Made by a program: the position numbers and the translations under genes. Positions 26,109 through 38,130 of a stretch of 64,000 nt of DNA are shown here, piece by piece. The stretch covers positions 253,237-317,236 of the forward strand of contig RDEW01000009.1 in assembly GCA_011109175.1 (NCBI GenBank), given 5' to 3'. The notes beneath the pieces were generated by a model. It was not told the DNA's origin. It made no database searches and saw only the letters and a list, made by a program, of their open reading frames with translations. Position 1 is the stretch's first letter; each line of letters begins with the position of its first letter. This DNA comes from Dicyema japonicum. Taxonomy: Eukaryota; Animalia; Dicyemida.

Positions 26109-27019
26109 TTTCGCTAAAATCTCGTGATGTTTATTGATGAACTTACCCAAAACCTGAAAAAATTAATTGGAGGCCATTTTGAATGGAGGCCGTTTTGAAA
26201 GAGGCCATTTTGAATGGACACGTGTAAAACACATATTCTATCGCTCACCCTCCACGTCTTGTGGATTCGATTGTTCAGTTTTTTTTGTATTGCAAATCCC
26301 ATGCCGTAGTGTGGGCAATTCGAAGGGTGCAGAATCAGGCGGAAATCATTGTTGATTTCATCTAGTCCGCCTTTTACTTTCGTTTCCTGTAAGCACGCCA
26401 CGGTTACCTTGTACGATCCAAGATCCACTCATAAATTTCTTCTTTTAGTATCCGACTTTAATCCTCTTACATTGAACGAGCTAATAGTGAAAGATCCCGA
26501 AGAAAAGCACGAAAAAGACATGTGTGCAATAGAGCCACGTCACCAGCTCAACCAAAAAGCTCAATCATAAGCAACTCCGACTGTTGCTTGGCATCAACTG
26601 GCCAAAAAAATTACAAACAAGAATCTATACAAAGTATGTAATACAAGACCATTGAGTCTGGATATCTTGGAATTAAGATGGCGTCTGTTTGGTCACATCC
26701 TTCGAATGAGCCAGATGACGCCTGCTAAAATAGCAATGGATAACTATTTCTGCCCAGAAGTGAATACCTCGTTCTGTGGAAGACCTCGCATAACTTTGCC
26801 AGAGGTTCTACACAAGGACCTGACCAATGTAGGACGAATGCTGAAAACTGGAGATGATCTGGATACGCTAGGAATAACTGCCTGTAACCGCGGAGCATGG
26901 AGGAAGTTAGTCAAGATAATTGTGGAAGAAAAATAACCTGAAGAAAAATACGGCACAAGCGGAAACTTAATTAAATAAATTACATTTTTGGTTCTTCGAA
27001 AGTGCTATTAATAATAATA

Positions 27020-27490
27020 ATTGGATTGATTGATATCGAGCCGCCAGAATTTAAACAGATCGATAAGAATATCCGCAGAATTCTTATGGATAGTCACATC
27101 CACTTGCAACCGGCAAAGAAAGACTTTATCTACCAAAAAATAAATTTGGAAGAAACCTTTGAGTGTCAGTAGCAAAGGAGAACGAATGCTCCTCTGATTT
27201 TATGGTGAGTTGGAACATAAGGCAAATTACTGCATAAGAAAAGCGGAAATTCTGCGATATGGAATAAGAAAAACTAAGAAACTGGGGACCCATTCAGTAC
27301 AATCTGTTGTCGCAAATGAATTTGTGGAGATTCGTGTTTCGACGATCAGTACGGATACAGCTGTAATGATAACATACCCGACATTTTCGTTTATGATAAG
27401 ACAAAAAATACGATTACTCTTGTTGAAATTGGGATCACGTCGCAAAACTGCCTTAAGTAGGTCGAGGTAGTAAAGTTCCACAAGTATGGC
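27020..27490 (+). mobile_element. R4/Dong-like RLE element, right part (internally deleted)
   Basis: GLIDIEPPEFKQIDKNIRRIL..HLQPA..RLYLP; HSVQSVVANEFVEIRV; PDIFVYDK..LVEIGITS. Confidence 0.75.
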
Positions 27491-27589
27491 CCTATACAGG
27501 CACTAGAGGTTGGCCCCAAGAAGAGAAGATTGAGTTAGACGGGCGTTATAAAATAATTATTTTTACTTAAAAATTAAATAAATTCCAAA

Positions 27590-27998
27590 AATGTCAGCTA
27601 TGGTTTCTCAAATGACCATATCCCATTATTTTACGGTTCCAAAAGTCAGATTAGCGCGGACTGTGAAACTGTGAAATTCAAAAATTTCAACAAAAGCAAA
27701 CTGGGCGGACTTCACTAAGTACTTGACTTCCAGCTTTCTGGGATGTGGGTGACGGATATCCAAAGCAGCGATTTTGTTTATCAGTATCATTTTCCAAACG
27801 ATAAAACAATTCACTTTCTATCCTATTACAATGGCTTCAATCCCAGACTGTTTCCACACGCTCGCTTTCACAATAAAAAAGAATGTGCTAAAACGATCAC
27901 GGACGCATGATGCAAATACACTTGACTCTGAAAACAGGGATCACATTCGCCAGGATCACTTAGTTTGTTTTTTCGGCTTAACGGTGGTCTTAGAATAA
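27590..27998 (+). mobile_element. Internally deleted Ingi/Vingi-like LINE remnant
   Basis: SNDHIP and KANWADFTKY (cf. HSDHNP..KADWSNFK); ends GGATCACTTAG plus a T-rich tail. Confidence 0.45.
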
Positions 27999-28187
27999 AA
28001 TTTAATTTAATAAATTTTCCACGCTTGTGGATAATGAATTTGACTCGAGAATAACATCAAAAAAGACATAATTTATTATATTTGTCAGTCTGATAAATCG
28101 TCATTTGTCACAAACCTAATTAAAAGTTATTAATAATAATTAAACCCATTGAAGTGTAAAAATCATTAATTTTTAATAAAAAATGGG

Positions 28188-28255
28188 ATCCGGATTTCTA
28201 AATAATAAATAAATCCGGATTTCTAAATAAAATAAAAATAAATAAATCCGGATTT
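28188..28255. repeat. Three copies of the palindrome (AA)ATCCGGAT(TT) with A-rich spacers
   Basis: Copies near 28188, 28211 and 28244. Confidence 0.75.
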
Positions 28256-28855
28256 TTATGCGTCTGTGAGAAGATAAAAACCAGCTTCGTCTGTAAAAGA
28301 ATACGTCAGTGATCCTTGGTCCACAAGAAGAAGATCTAGTCCGTCAGATGGGCTCAATTATCCAAAGGGTCACCAAGAATCCATGTGAGATTAGGTGACT
28401 TGAGAGAGTATCTAGATAGCTATTGTCAAAGGAAACATCATGTTCATTTAAGCTCCTTAAATTAAGTGCTCTTTTAACTGTTTAATTTTCATTTTTTATA
28501 AAAAATTATTAAATTCTAATTTTTTATCCAAGCTTTTCGTCTAGTATAGGCTCGTGTCGGCTAGAGGATAAACACCTGGAAAAGTGAGGGCGCTACTTAA
28601 ACGAGTTTGGATCGTGTGCTTTGTAGTCCAATTTTTACTGTGGTTTTTCGATTTTTTTCATTTCATTTCATTTTCGCACTTAATCGACGAGAGGTTGTCT
28701 CACTATAGCTATTGAGATCAACTAAAGGAACCACTAGGTGTCGTAGACGTCATGGCTTCTGATTGTGGTCAGAAGTCTTATGTTCTTGAGTAAAGACCAA
28801 TTGTCTTAACAGCAATCCCACAGAAAGTAAACCAGCCGAGAAGCCCTTGGTAATT

Positions 28856-30435
28856 TTAACCTCCCCTTTTTTCTGGGGCGGATAGTGCCATTACCCCATT
28901 TCCGATTATGTTAATAAGAAATAGAGTCGACACATGTGACATTCCATAATAGTAGTTTCCTCTCCCGAATGGAAAGATTGTAATTCCATCTAATTTTTTT
29001 CCTTCTTGATGGTCCCGTAGGAGAGAATATGCTACCGTCCGTATGTGTTCATTCCCTTTGTATTTCCTAGCAACCAGACAGGTGCATAGGTATTGATTCA
29101 TATTTTCCAGTTCCCTCTCAGGATTGCGAGCGAGATTTGTTCAAACAACCAGCAGCGCTCATGGGGAAATCCGATTCCCTAGAGACTCCAGAATTCCAGC
29201 GTCGCATGCGCAAGGGAACCAGACGTCTCAATGGCGAGTGGCACAAACGAAAATTCCTTGGGTAGAACCAAGTACTTTTCCAGTTTCAACCTCTCGGTCT
29301 TTTCAGCATCGAACAGGACCCAGAGACACTCTGGAGTAGGTTGAAAGGGGCAAAAGTGTCGGTGCAAAAGGTTTTCTNATAATAATAGAAGTGACTGTGA
29401 AGCTCTATATTGATAGCCATCCGAAACAAATTTTCTCACTAAAACCTTATGTGATCGACTGGAAAGTGGTCGTGGTAGATCTGTCTGCTTTAAAGTCATA
29501 CTTGAAGGACATTCAATCTGGTCTCCGCATCGGCACAGATGTGGCACACAAACTTTTAATTTCAGTCGTAATGAGATCCCAATACAAACGCATTCATCAT
29601 CCAGAAAAGTACTTTAACTCTTGTAGCAACCAGACAGGTGCATAGGTATTGATTCATATTTTCCAGTTCCCTCTCAGGATAGCGAGCGAGATTTGTTCAA
29701 ATAACCAGCAGCGCTCATGGGGAAATCCGATTCCCTAGAGACTCCAGAATTCCAGCGTCGCATGCGCAAGGGAACCAGACGTCTCAATGGCGAGTGGCAC
29801 AAACGAAAATTCCTTGGGTAGAACCAAGTACTTTTCCAGTTTCAACCTCTCGGTCTTTTCAGCATCGAACAGGACCCAGAGACACTCTGGAGTAGGTTGA
29901 AAGGGGCAAAAGTGTCGGTGCAAAAGGTTTTCTTCCTGTATCCTGGCTTCAAAGGGTAGATGGTAATTCCATCTGTTCGTTTTCCGCCACGCCTGCAAAG
30001 ACAGACTGGCTAGAATGGAAGGCTCCTCTAACGAGTTCGTTCAAAGCGATGTGTCTGGGAGATCTGCCCGCAATCTTTCTGGAGGAAAAAGTGTGTAAGC
30101 TAAAACAGTCGATCTGGTCTCGGCATCGGCACAAATGCGGCACACAAACTTTTAATCTCAGTCGTAATGAGATTCCAATACGGACGCATTCATCATCCAG
30201 AAAGGTACACAAAACTACATCAGGAATGGCGTTGAGTCAGGAACCGCTTTTGGAAGACTTCCCCGACTACAAACAGGCTCGATGATGTTGGTTAGATGAC
30301 ACTAGCAGATTCAAAAGACTTCCGGGATACATAATCATCAATACCCCGCTGAACGAACATGGAAGGTGGGAAAACTGATAGGTACGGCTCCACGCCTCAC
30401 GAGCATGACCGTCGTCTTGGTCAGTAAAGACCTAT
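28856..30435 (-). mobile_element. Cluster of degraded CRE-like fragments spanning an N gap
   Basis: FLDDECVRIGISLRLRLKVCVPHLCRC, GRSPRHIALNE, DGITIFPF, FVPLAIETSGS; 29068-29377 is duplicated at 29624-29932. Confidence 0.8.
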
Positions 30436-31352
30436 TATCATTACCCCAGGATCACTGGGTTAAAAGGAAAGTTCCTAACTAACTAGGTGATCCAGACCGA
30501 CATGGGATACGAGAATCCTGAATGGCTCTGGACTTTAAATAAAATAATCTCATTGTTGAATTTAAATCAATATTAGAATTAATTAGGCATTAAAGTGGAT
30601 AATGCTCTCTCAAATGTCTGCTTGGCAATTAGAGAATTCCTTTGTTTTTGTTTGTTGCTAAAGGAAACCAATTTGACAGAAAAACGTTAAGAAAATTATT
30701 TGTACTCAATACTAATTAGTTCAGAACAAGCAATAACTTCAAAATAAAATGGTAATTTGCTTCATGCTTAGTTTTAACATATCTTAGAGAAAAATTAAAC
30801 ACTATCTTAGAGAATATAATGAAAATATTGAATTTTCAATCATTAATTCCTAAAAAACACAACTTAAAAAATTGAATTTTCACTTCATTAGGAGACCCAA
30901 ATCGCTTTTTTTCTTATCAGGTCTTTGATTAAAAAAAACACCCGAGAAGACGAGTTGCCGGTAGAACGCTCAAACATATAGTTGATTATTTATTTATAAT
31001 ATTTTTCTGTTTAAAAAACACAACTGACTTTGAAGTGATGTAAATCTTAACAAATTTTAATTTTAACATTGATTATAAAAATAGGATTATAAAACCAATA
31101 GAATGGATTAAAATTGCAATTATTTACAAAGAAAATTACAGATTTCGTCAATATTTTCTAAAAAGCTGCTTAAATCTACAGAAGCTAAAGTTAGGCAAAT
31201 TTTTATGAAATTTCGTGTCATTATCTAAAACGACTCATCAAATCATCATTCATTGATTATTTCATTGTTTTTGACTAATTGTCGTTATATTTTCATTAAT
31301 ATGATAAGTTACGTGTACTTAAATAACTTGACTACGGGGATTACTTAGTCTA

Positions 31353-33500
31353 ATGTATTTTCTATCTGTTTTGATGATGTGGACAAATTTTGGATTTAAT
31401 ATGCTATTTCTCTTGAATTTTATGATACAAACTAAAAGTCAAGAATGCAAATTTTCGATTGGAGAAAAATTGGCGAAGGCGGGAGAAACTATTGGGAATG
31501 CATACGACTACATATCTGAGTCGAATTCTGGGGATAAAATTTTTTTCCAGTGGAAGGAGTCATGCAATGTATGTCTGTATTTCGACATCACGTCAAATGG
31601 AACAATTAAAACGACAAAAGATTTGGACAGGAAAGATGGAATTTTACACAATTACTGCAAAAATGCAGAAATTTGCAGATTAAATTTATATTTTATTGCC
31701 GTTGTTTATAATGGAAACGTTATGGAAAAAATAAATGTTGATATGTGCTTGTATTTAATTGATTCGAACGACAATCCACCTGTTATAGAATGGAATGGAT
31801 TAGAAAAATATTTGAAACTAAGGGAAAACGACATCCCGAAAGATTCTTTAGGATATTTCATGGTGACTGATGCGGACGCCGGTAGAAACGCTGAAATTAG
31901 CTGTAAATCTAATACAAAGGATTTTGTCATTGAAAGAAAAATTGCAAATGGACCTTTCATTCCTCAACAAATGTTTGATCTGTTTTATGTTGGTACTCAT
32001 CCATTTGACTATGAGAAAATTCAAAGTGTCGAGGTTCACTACGAATGCACAGATAATGGCTTAAAACCTCTGAAGACTTCTGGGTTTGTGACCATTCATA
32101 TCGAAGATGAAAACGACTGTTCCCCAAAATTTGAGAAAACTCATTATAGTTTATATATCCACGAAAACACCATTGTTAATATTAAAAACGCCGTTAAAGC
32201 GGTTGATTGCGATAAGACATTTCCTAATAATTATGTATCCTACCACGTGGACAAGTATTCAGATCTATTCCAAGTTAATGATGATGGAACGTTTGTTGTA
32301 CTTCGAGAGTTGGATTTTGAATATCATAAAAAATATGAATTTAAAATTTTTGCCTTTGACGGGGGTGTAATTCCAGATCGATTCTCAACCTCTGTAGTTT
32401 GTACAGTCTTTGTTATCGACGAAAATGACAACTGTCCTCGCTTTTTAAAAGGCCAATATTATTTCAAGATCAAAGAAAATCTTGCTAAATTGTCCACAGT
32501 CGGAAAAATAATGGCAATTGACGTTGATTCGGGAATTAACGGAGAAATTTCTTATTTTATTGGAAAAACGCAATGTCCCAGTCATTTTTGGATTAATAGC
32601 CGTGATGGAACTCTGATCTTGAATAAGAACATTAATGCAAAGGATTTCCTTCGATGTTCCCTCACAGTTATTGCTCGTGATAAAGGGAAATCAAAAAAGT
32701 TGGAGACCTCAGTCGAAGTCATCATTGATATTGAAGATGTCAATGATCATAAGCCAATAATTATTTCTCCGGTTGAAACTACATTTTTTATTCTGAATTT
32801 CACGCAAAATCAAATTATCACTAAAATTCTGGCGGTCGATGGAGATGTGGGCCTGAATGCATTTTTGAGTTATGAATTAGTCGAAGGAGAGTACCTTGAC
32901 TACTTTAAGATTAATAACCTATCAGGTGACCTCATTCTTAATAGCTCGGTTATTCCTGGCAGAAATTCATTTTTAAAGATACAAGTGAAGGATAATGGCA
33001 TTGAATCACAGCAAGAGACCTTCATCGTCCTAAACATGATCGTGAATGATGTAGAAAATTTAAGTTCAAGATCATCCATGAATAAAATCATTATCTTGGC
33101 GATGATACCGATTTTCCTACTTTGCTTGCTAATATTTTTCTGGATTCGAAAAAAATATAATAAAAATAGATTTTTTAAAAATTATGAAAATCAAATTTTA
33201 TATTATCAAAATGGATTCACTAATAATAAATCCTCAGTATAATAATTTTTAAGTCTTAGGAAGTGAAAATAAAGGACCAATCGAGAGATAAAGTCCAGAA
33301 AATTACTTCCATTTCTGAATTGTTGTTACATTCAGACTATAGAAAGAATACTTGGCAAAGTCTCTAAATAATTAATTTTAGATTCTTACTCGGTAATTCT
33401 TCCTCAAAGAGTTAATAAAAATCATTTAAAGCAATTAAATAATTTTAATTCAAATAGAGCAAATATTATCAAACTCGAAAATAATGAAAAATTTAAATAA
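31353..33500 (+). CDS. Protocadherin-like protein, five cadherin repeats + TM + short cytoplasmic tail
   Basis: Signal-like N-terminus; linkers DSNDNPP, DENDCSP, DENDNCP, DVNDHKP; DYE/DFE and DxD motifs; EC1 C-X5-C (CKNAEIC); TM IIILAMIPIFLLCLLIFFWI. Ectodomain + TM on one exon, then 23-nt (33237-33259) and 22-nt (33360-33381) introns extend the ORF to TAA at 33498-33500. Confidence 0.88.
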
Positions 33501-33589
33501 AATTAATAGTTATATTCAATTTAATTAATAAAAATAAAATTTAAACGTTTTTTTTCAAATAAATAATAATAAATTTTACGACCTCCCAA

Positions 33590-34010
33590 TAACGTGGCGC
33601 TTGGGAGAGCGTATGGCATAGGACGAAAAACGAACTTATTGCGGGAGGACTTGAAATCGGTACACATCCTGTGCAACTTGAACGTCTTGGACTTCTCTGC
33701 AAGAACGAAAGGCCTGACGGGATAACTTTTTTCCCATAGAAGGGTGGGAAATACCTGTCTTGATACAACACTTGTATCGATGGCTTCTTCTCCGACCTTG
33801 GTCCGACATCTCATTCAGACTCTTTAAAATGCGAGATCTTTGGAAGACAGTCCTTCTTCAAGGTTTTAGCAGTCGAAAAATCGAGAATTCTCGTATCCAA
33901 ATGCTATCCTTCTTAAAAAGAGAACTGATAGTCGAGAAGAGGGATGGCTGAATGAGTCTATTTTCATGCAAATCGTAGAAGGAAATTTGCTCTCAACGAT
34001 GCTACCGGGT
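33590..34010 (+). mobile_element. Degraded CRE-like RLE fragment
   Basis: PVQLERLGLL..ERPDGITFFP..TCID..IVEGN. Confidence 0.6.
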
Positions 34011-34069
34011 AATAATAGTTTTTTGTCATTGCCTTAATAAATTGTTATCAATACGGAAAAAAAATAAAT

Positions 34070-34550
34070 TACCACTGCTGGCCAACTTATCTGTATTTCA
34101 GATTCTTTATGGGAAAGGTTTCTTATACTCCCACTTACGCCACTTAAATGTTTGTGGTCACTGGGAAATATCACTCTACCGTAAGACCTCGAGTCTCGGA
34201 AAATAGACTTGATTATGTCACATATTTATATTACATATTTATCGATTCGATTATAAATCTATCAAAGTTCCAGTAGTCTTAGGTCGGTAGCAAGTCCAAA
34301 TTGTTTAGTTATGTTCAGAAAATTGGAATACAATCCTGCAGATCAAATCCACTGTCGCATTTAGACTTTGGCATTCCAATTACCCGCGAAAAGGGATTAA
34401 TCCGTAGTCTCCATGACACTCATCAGGTCCTCTTTGACTTTTATCCCTTTAAGGCAACAGATTGATCCTCCATATTTTGCCAGGTCCTAAATAGTAGGTG
34501 CCTCTTTGACCACTCGCTTAGGCCTCTGGCATTGAAATTATTAGTTCATT
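34070..34550 (-). mobile_element. Degraded RTE-like APE fragment
   Basis: FNARGLS, AGNWNAKV, DSRSYG..SDHK. Confidence 0.55.
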
Positions 34551-34721
34551 CAAACCTGATATAAGTGCTATAGAGGACGTCACCACTTAAAACCAAAAAT
34601 ACTTAATGCAATTTATTGACGTAAAACATTAAAATATCAAAAAATGATAACTTAAAGTCAATTTTAAAAATAAACATTTAGTAAATAATATTAAATTATA
34701 TTTCAAATAAATAATAGTAGA

Positions 34722-36275
34722 ATGTCATCTGAGGACAAATTTTCTCTAAAATATATACTTTCCAAGTTGAACATAATCAGCCATTATTACTCTATCAGGA
34801 ACAAATTTAGAATTGACAAGTACTATTTATGATTACTAAGAATCCACGAATTGGAAAAAATTAGCATTACAGGACTTCAATCAGTTGGACTTAATCGCTC
34901 AACTGCTAAAATGCTGCTTAAAACCGCAAAAAACATAACTTCCTTTGTTTTGTATTTTACATTACTATGAGAACCAAATCCCAAACGGAGTACTCTGTAT
35001 AAACCACGAAGACCTTGAATATGGCCAAATTGTTGGGAGAGGAAGATTTGGCATCGTTTTTGAAGGGATCCTGCATTCCGTGAGCCACAAACAATTAATC
35101 TAGGTAAAAGTAGTCGTCAAGTCTTTTCGTTCCAAAGTAATCAAAGTGACGAGGAAAATGTACATTTCCTTGGATCACCCAAATTTGGTCAAATTCATAG
35201 GTCTCACCTTGGAGAGTCCTTTCCTTATAGTATTGAAAATCATCACATCTAGATAACCAGTTTTGTGAACGGCCCAACCCTTCGAGTCTATTTGGATAGT
35301 CGGGACAGTTTGCCAACAATAAGGACTCTGATCGATTTTTGTATCCAAATATGTGACGGACTGTTGTTCCTTCACATGAATGGCATCATCCATGGGTCAC
35401 TCTGTGCGCAACAAGTTATCATCCATAATAAACAGGTTTTACTCCGTTTTTATATTATAGTTGAAAATATCGGACTACAATATACCACTTTTGGAGGACA
35501 GCGAGACTCTTTGCAGGCCAGGATGGTTGTCTCTCTGATTAACTAATAGGGCCGACCCGGAACTGCTGGAATCCAAGGATCCCACGCTTTCTTCTGATGT
35601 TTGGGCATATGCAGTCACACTTTGGGAGATTTTTGCCCTCAACAAACTCCCCTGGGATGGACTTACTGTTAAAGAGGTTCTGAAGCCTTTTCATTATAGC
35701 TGATTGAAGCTCATCGGAGGGAAATTCTCCCAAGGAATCTATCATGTCCGGTGTCTCTTGAGGTAATTCTGAAGAGAATTTGGATGTCCACAGCTAGTAA
35801 TCGACCTTCCTGTACTTCAGTGAGACTAGATCTGAATAGTGTTTTTGTTGATTTTACTTTAGGTATTAATTCCGACGTTTCAGGTGGTTAGTGACATTGA
35901 ATGGACGATTAATCTCGTTAAAGATGACTACATAACTGTGGTTGATCGGAGGTTATGGAGTTATGTAATTGAAGAGATCAAGATGTTTGGATAGGGCAGA
36001 ATCATCGTACTTTGGAGATTGTCGAATTCCCAGTGAATGTGTAAAATCTGTTCCATACCCCCTTCTGAAAGTATGAATGATTTTTCGATAGTAGTGGTGG
36101 TTATTGGAACATCGTCCCTGGCAGTTTAAAGCATATTGTCCACAGAGAACCTGATGGGACTGGCTGGGGCCACTTATCAGATCGTACATTGTCCTATAAC
36201 TATGATTTATATTCTGACTCCAAATCCTATGACTATTCTAATGATATGTTGATATCATTTGATGATATTATTTGA
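34722..36275 (+). CDS. ACK/TNK2-family non-receptor tyrosine (pseudo)kinase: SAM-like, kinase, SH3, degenerate CRIB
   Basis: About 10 introns of 21-25 nt. VGRGRFGIV, VVVK, LDHPNLVKFIG, IIHGSLCAQQV, KISDYN, WADPE, SDVWAYAVTLWEIF..PWDGLT; SH3 WIGQNHRTLEIVEFP; GSLKHIVHREPDGTGWG; LISFD. Two or three indels need correcting. Confidence 0.8.
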
Positions 36276-36370
36276 CAATTTTTGATATTGTTTTAACGCT
36301 TATTTATAATTACTTTTAATTGATTAATTGATCAGAAGGACGATCTGATAACGTGACATCAAATTAGTTA

Positions 36371-36900
36371 TACAGTAAGACTCCTCCTAACCGCCAATTT
36401 TGGAATTCAAAAAAAACTTGCGGTTAAGATAATTTGGCGGTTGAGAGGAATAATAAAGGAAATTTTATTTTCGATAAACCAATTATCAAGTTTATTGCAA
36501 CACTTTTGAAATTTCATTTAACCTTTCCTTTCATTTAAATTAAACAAAAAATAATTTTTCAATACTTGAAGAATCGAATAACATTATTTTTTAGTTACCA
36601 CCTTAATACCGTCTCTTCAACCTCGCCTATAAATTTTAAAGAATTATCAAGTATTTAAGGGCACATATTAAATTCATTGTTTTTGTCAATTCAGTCGTTT
36701 CTATTTCATTTTTTTCTAAAAGAATATTTGGGCAGATTTTTTCCAAGCAAAGCTCAAATATGTCATCACGTATTTAATGTTAGATTTTTGTATGTTTCTA
36801 TTTATTCAATTAAATCATTAAGTTTTATGCCAGTAAACTGTGTTCTAACCAATTAATTATTCCTTTGGCAATCGGTTGCAATAAAATTGTTACATTTGGT
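36371..36900 (-). mobile_element. pogo/Tigger-like DNA transposon end with transposase remnant
   Basis: TA-CAGTAAGACTCCTCCTAACCGCC terminus with internal GGCGGTT inverted motifs; minus-strand TILLQPIAKGII resembles TSxLQPLDQGII. Confidence 0.55.
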
Positions 36901-36904
36901 GGTC

Positions 36905-37055
36905 AATCGGACGCCTCGCAAGACAGCGGAATGGTGAATCTTGATTGACGCGACTGCTCTTCCAGAATATTGTGCTCGTGACTATGAGAAGTAACTACTA
37001 TTGCGTACTCAATGCCTGAAGGCCATAATGGAGACCTTGTCATAACAACTAACTT
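36905..37055 (+). mobile_element. CRE-like 3' fragment (second subfamily)
   Basis: AATCGGACGCCTCGCA...GCCATAATGGAGACCTTGTCATAACA matches 553-690 and the reverse complement of 46795-46945. Confidence 0.6.
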
Positions 37056-37123
37056 TATTTTTATTTTAATAAATTTGCTTTAATTTTTTTTAAATAAAAA
37101 AATTGGAAAAAATTAGGAAATAA

Positions 37124-38130
37124 TTAGGACGACAGAATGGCGAAGGCGTTACCTCTGATAATCGCCATTTCGAGCCTCTGTTTCAACCAGAGTCCCTCCG
37201 TGGTCCTCACCTTTTTGAAGCTTCCAATGCTGTGGAGAATGGCTTCCGTCTTCGCGCCTAAAGTTCCAGTTGTCTCCACAGCAATGGGGGCAAAATGGTA
37301 ATGGTCTCCGAGGGATTCGTACTTATGGATCTTCTTGACCTCCGCCTGGTCGGCTGCGTCTCTAGGAGAGTGCGTCGCCGTCAGCAATCTGGCTCTTTAG
37401 AAGGTGTCCACACACGTTGCGTCCCAGACAAGTGATTTTCCGTGGGAGTATGGGAATAACGTCATTCCATCCGGCCTCTTCCCGTCGCCTCTGTCTAAGC
37501 CCAATGGTTCCAATTGGGCCGGAAATCCCGCAGCCTTGAGGGCTCGAAAGATGATGTCATTGAGGGCTGCGTGGCGCGGGGCTCGAACAGCACTTTGTCG
37601 GTAAGAGAGTGGATGTAATCCTTTCGTATCAACGTCTCCGCCGCAACGGCATTTGTGTCTCTGGCATATGTCCAGTTCTAGGCGCAGTGCCACCCGATCC
37701 TCAGGCTGTTTTTGTCAAGGAGGGTCCCAGATGTGGGCACGATAGAACCTCGAGCCAGACTCCATTTCCGCGATGTGCGGCCGACTTAATGCTTGCTAGT
37801 CGGTGTTGGTTGGCGCTTTTCTTCGCGGCCTCCAGAGTGCTCATACATGCGATTGAGTCCCAACTCTTCTGGCAAGCAAAGTTTGACGGGAATTCCAAGT
37901 CCTCTCCCCACACTTGCAAACTCTGTTCAAGCTCCGAGTCCAAGGTATGTCCGGTTGCGTTACGTAGGACTGCTTGGGCCAAGCAACTACAGCTCGCAAG
38001 GGATGAAAAGTAGGCAGGCAGGGCGGCTTCAAGGGGGGATCTCAACCCAATGCCCCATTTCTCGCAGGTTGTTTTCACATAGTCAAGCCCAGATCATCAA
38101 ATTTGACATTCAGTATTGACTCCGCCGATC
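37124..38130 (-). mobile_element. CRE-like non-LTR element, 3' third, frameshifted
   Basis: [76 protein letters not shown]. Confidence 0.85.

Larger units (their letters stand above)
23671..26222 (-). mobile_element. Mutator-like (MULE) DNA transposon with long imperfect TIRs and an 8-bp TSD
   Basis: Ends GGTTCCCATTCAAAATGGCCTC / reverse complement CGTGTCCATTCAAAATGGCCTC; TSD TGTAAAAC at 23663-23670 and 26223-26230; removal restores the LINE frame SDRICVLQLKYG. Confidence 0.9.
21509..27019. mobile_element. Single RTE-like LINE insertion with 5' inversion (APE-RT on minus 26568->21509; 3' end on plus 26569->27019)
   Basis: Minus: SFNVRGL, CLQETKV, INVYAPT, GDWNAK, NQIDY, DSDHRLV, AAGPD, DMSKAFD, GVPQGDSLSP, ending LDAFH. 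Plus: starts KQLRLLLGINWP..RWRLFGHILRM..GRPR, with a (TAA)n tail. Flanked by ATTTGATTGAT / ATTGGATTGAT. Confidence 0.88.

Noticed and set aside
35265-35546. JAK JH2 pseudokinase, because of HGSLCA
   Set aside because: No FERM/SH2 or second kinase domain; the downstream SH3 and CRIB-like motifs indicate ACK
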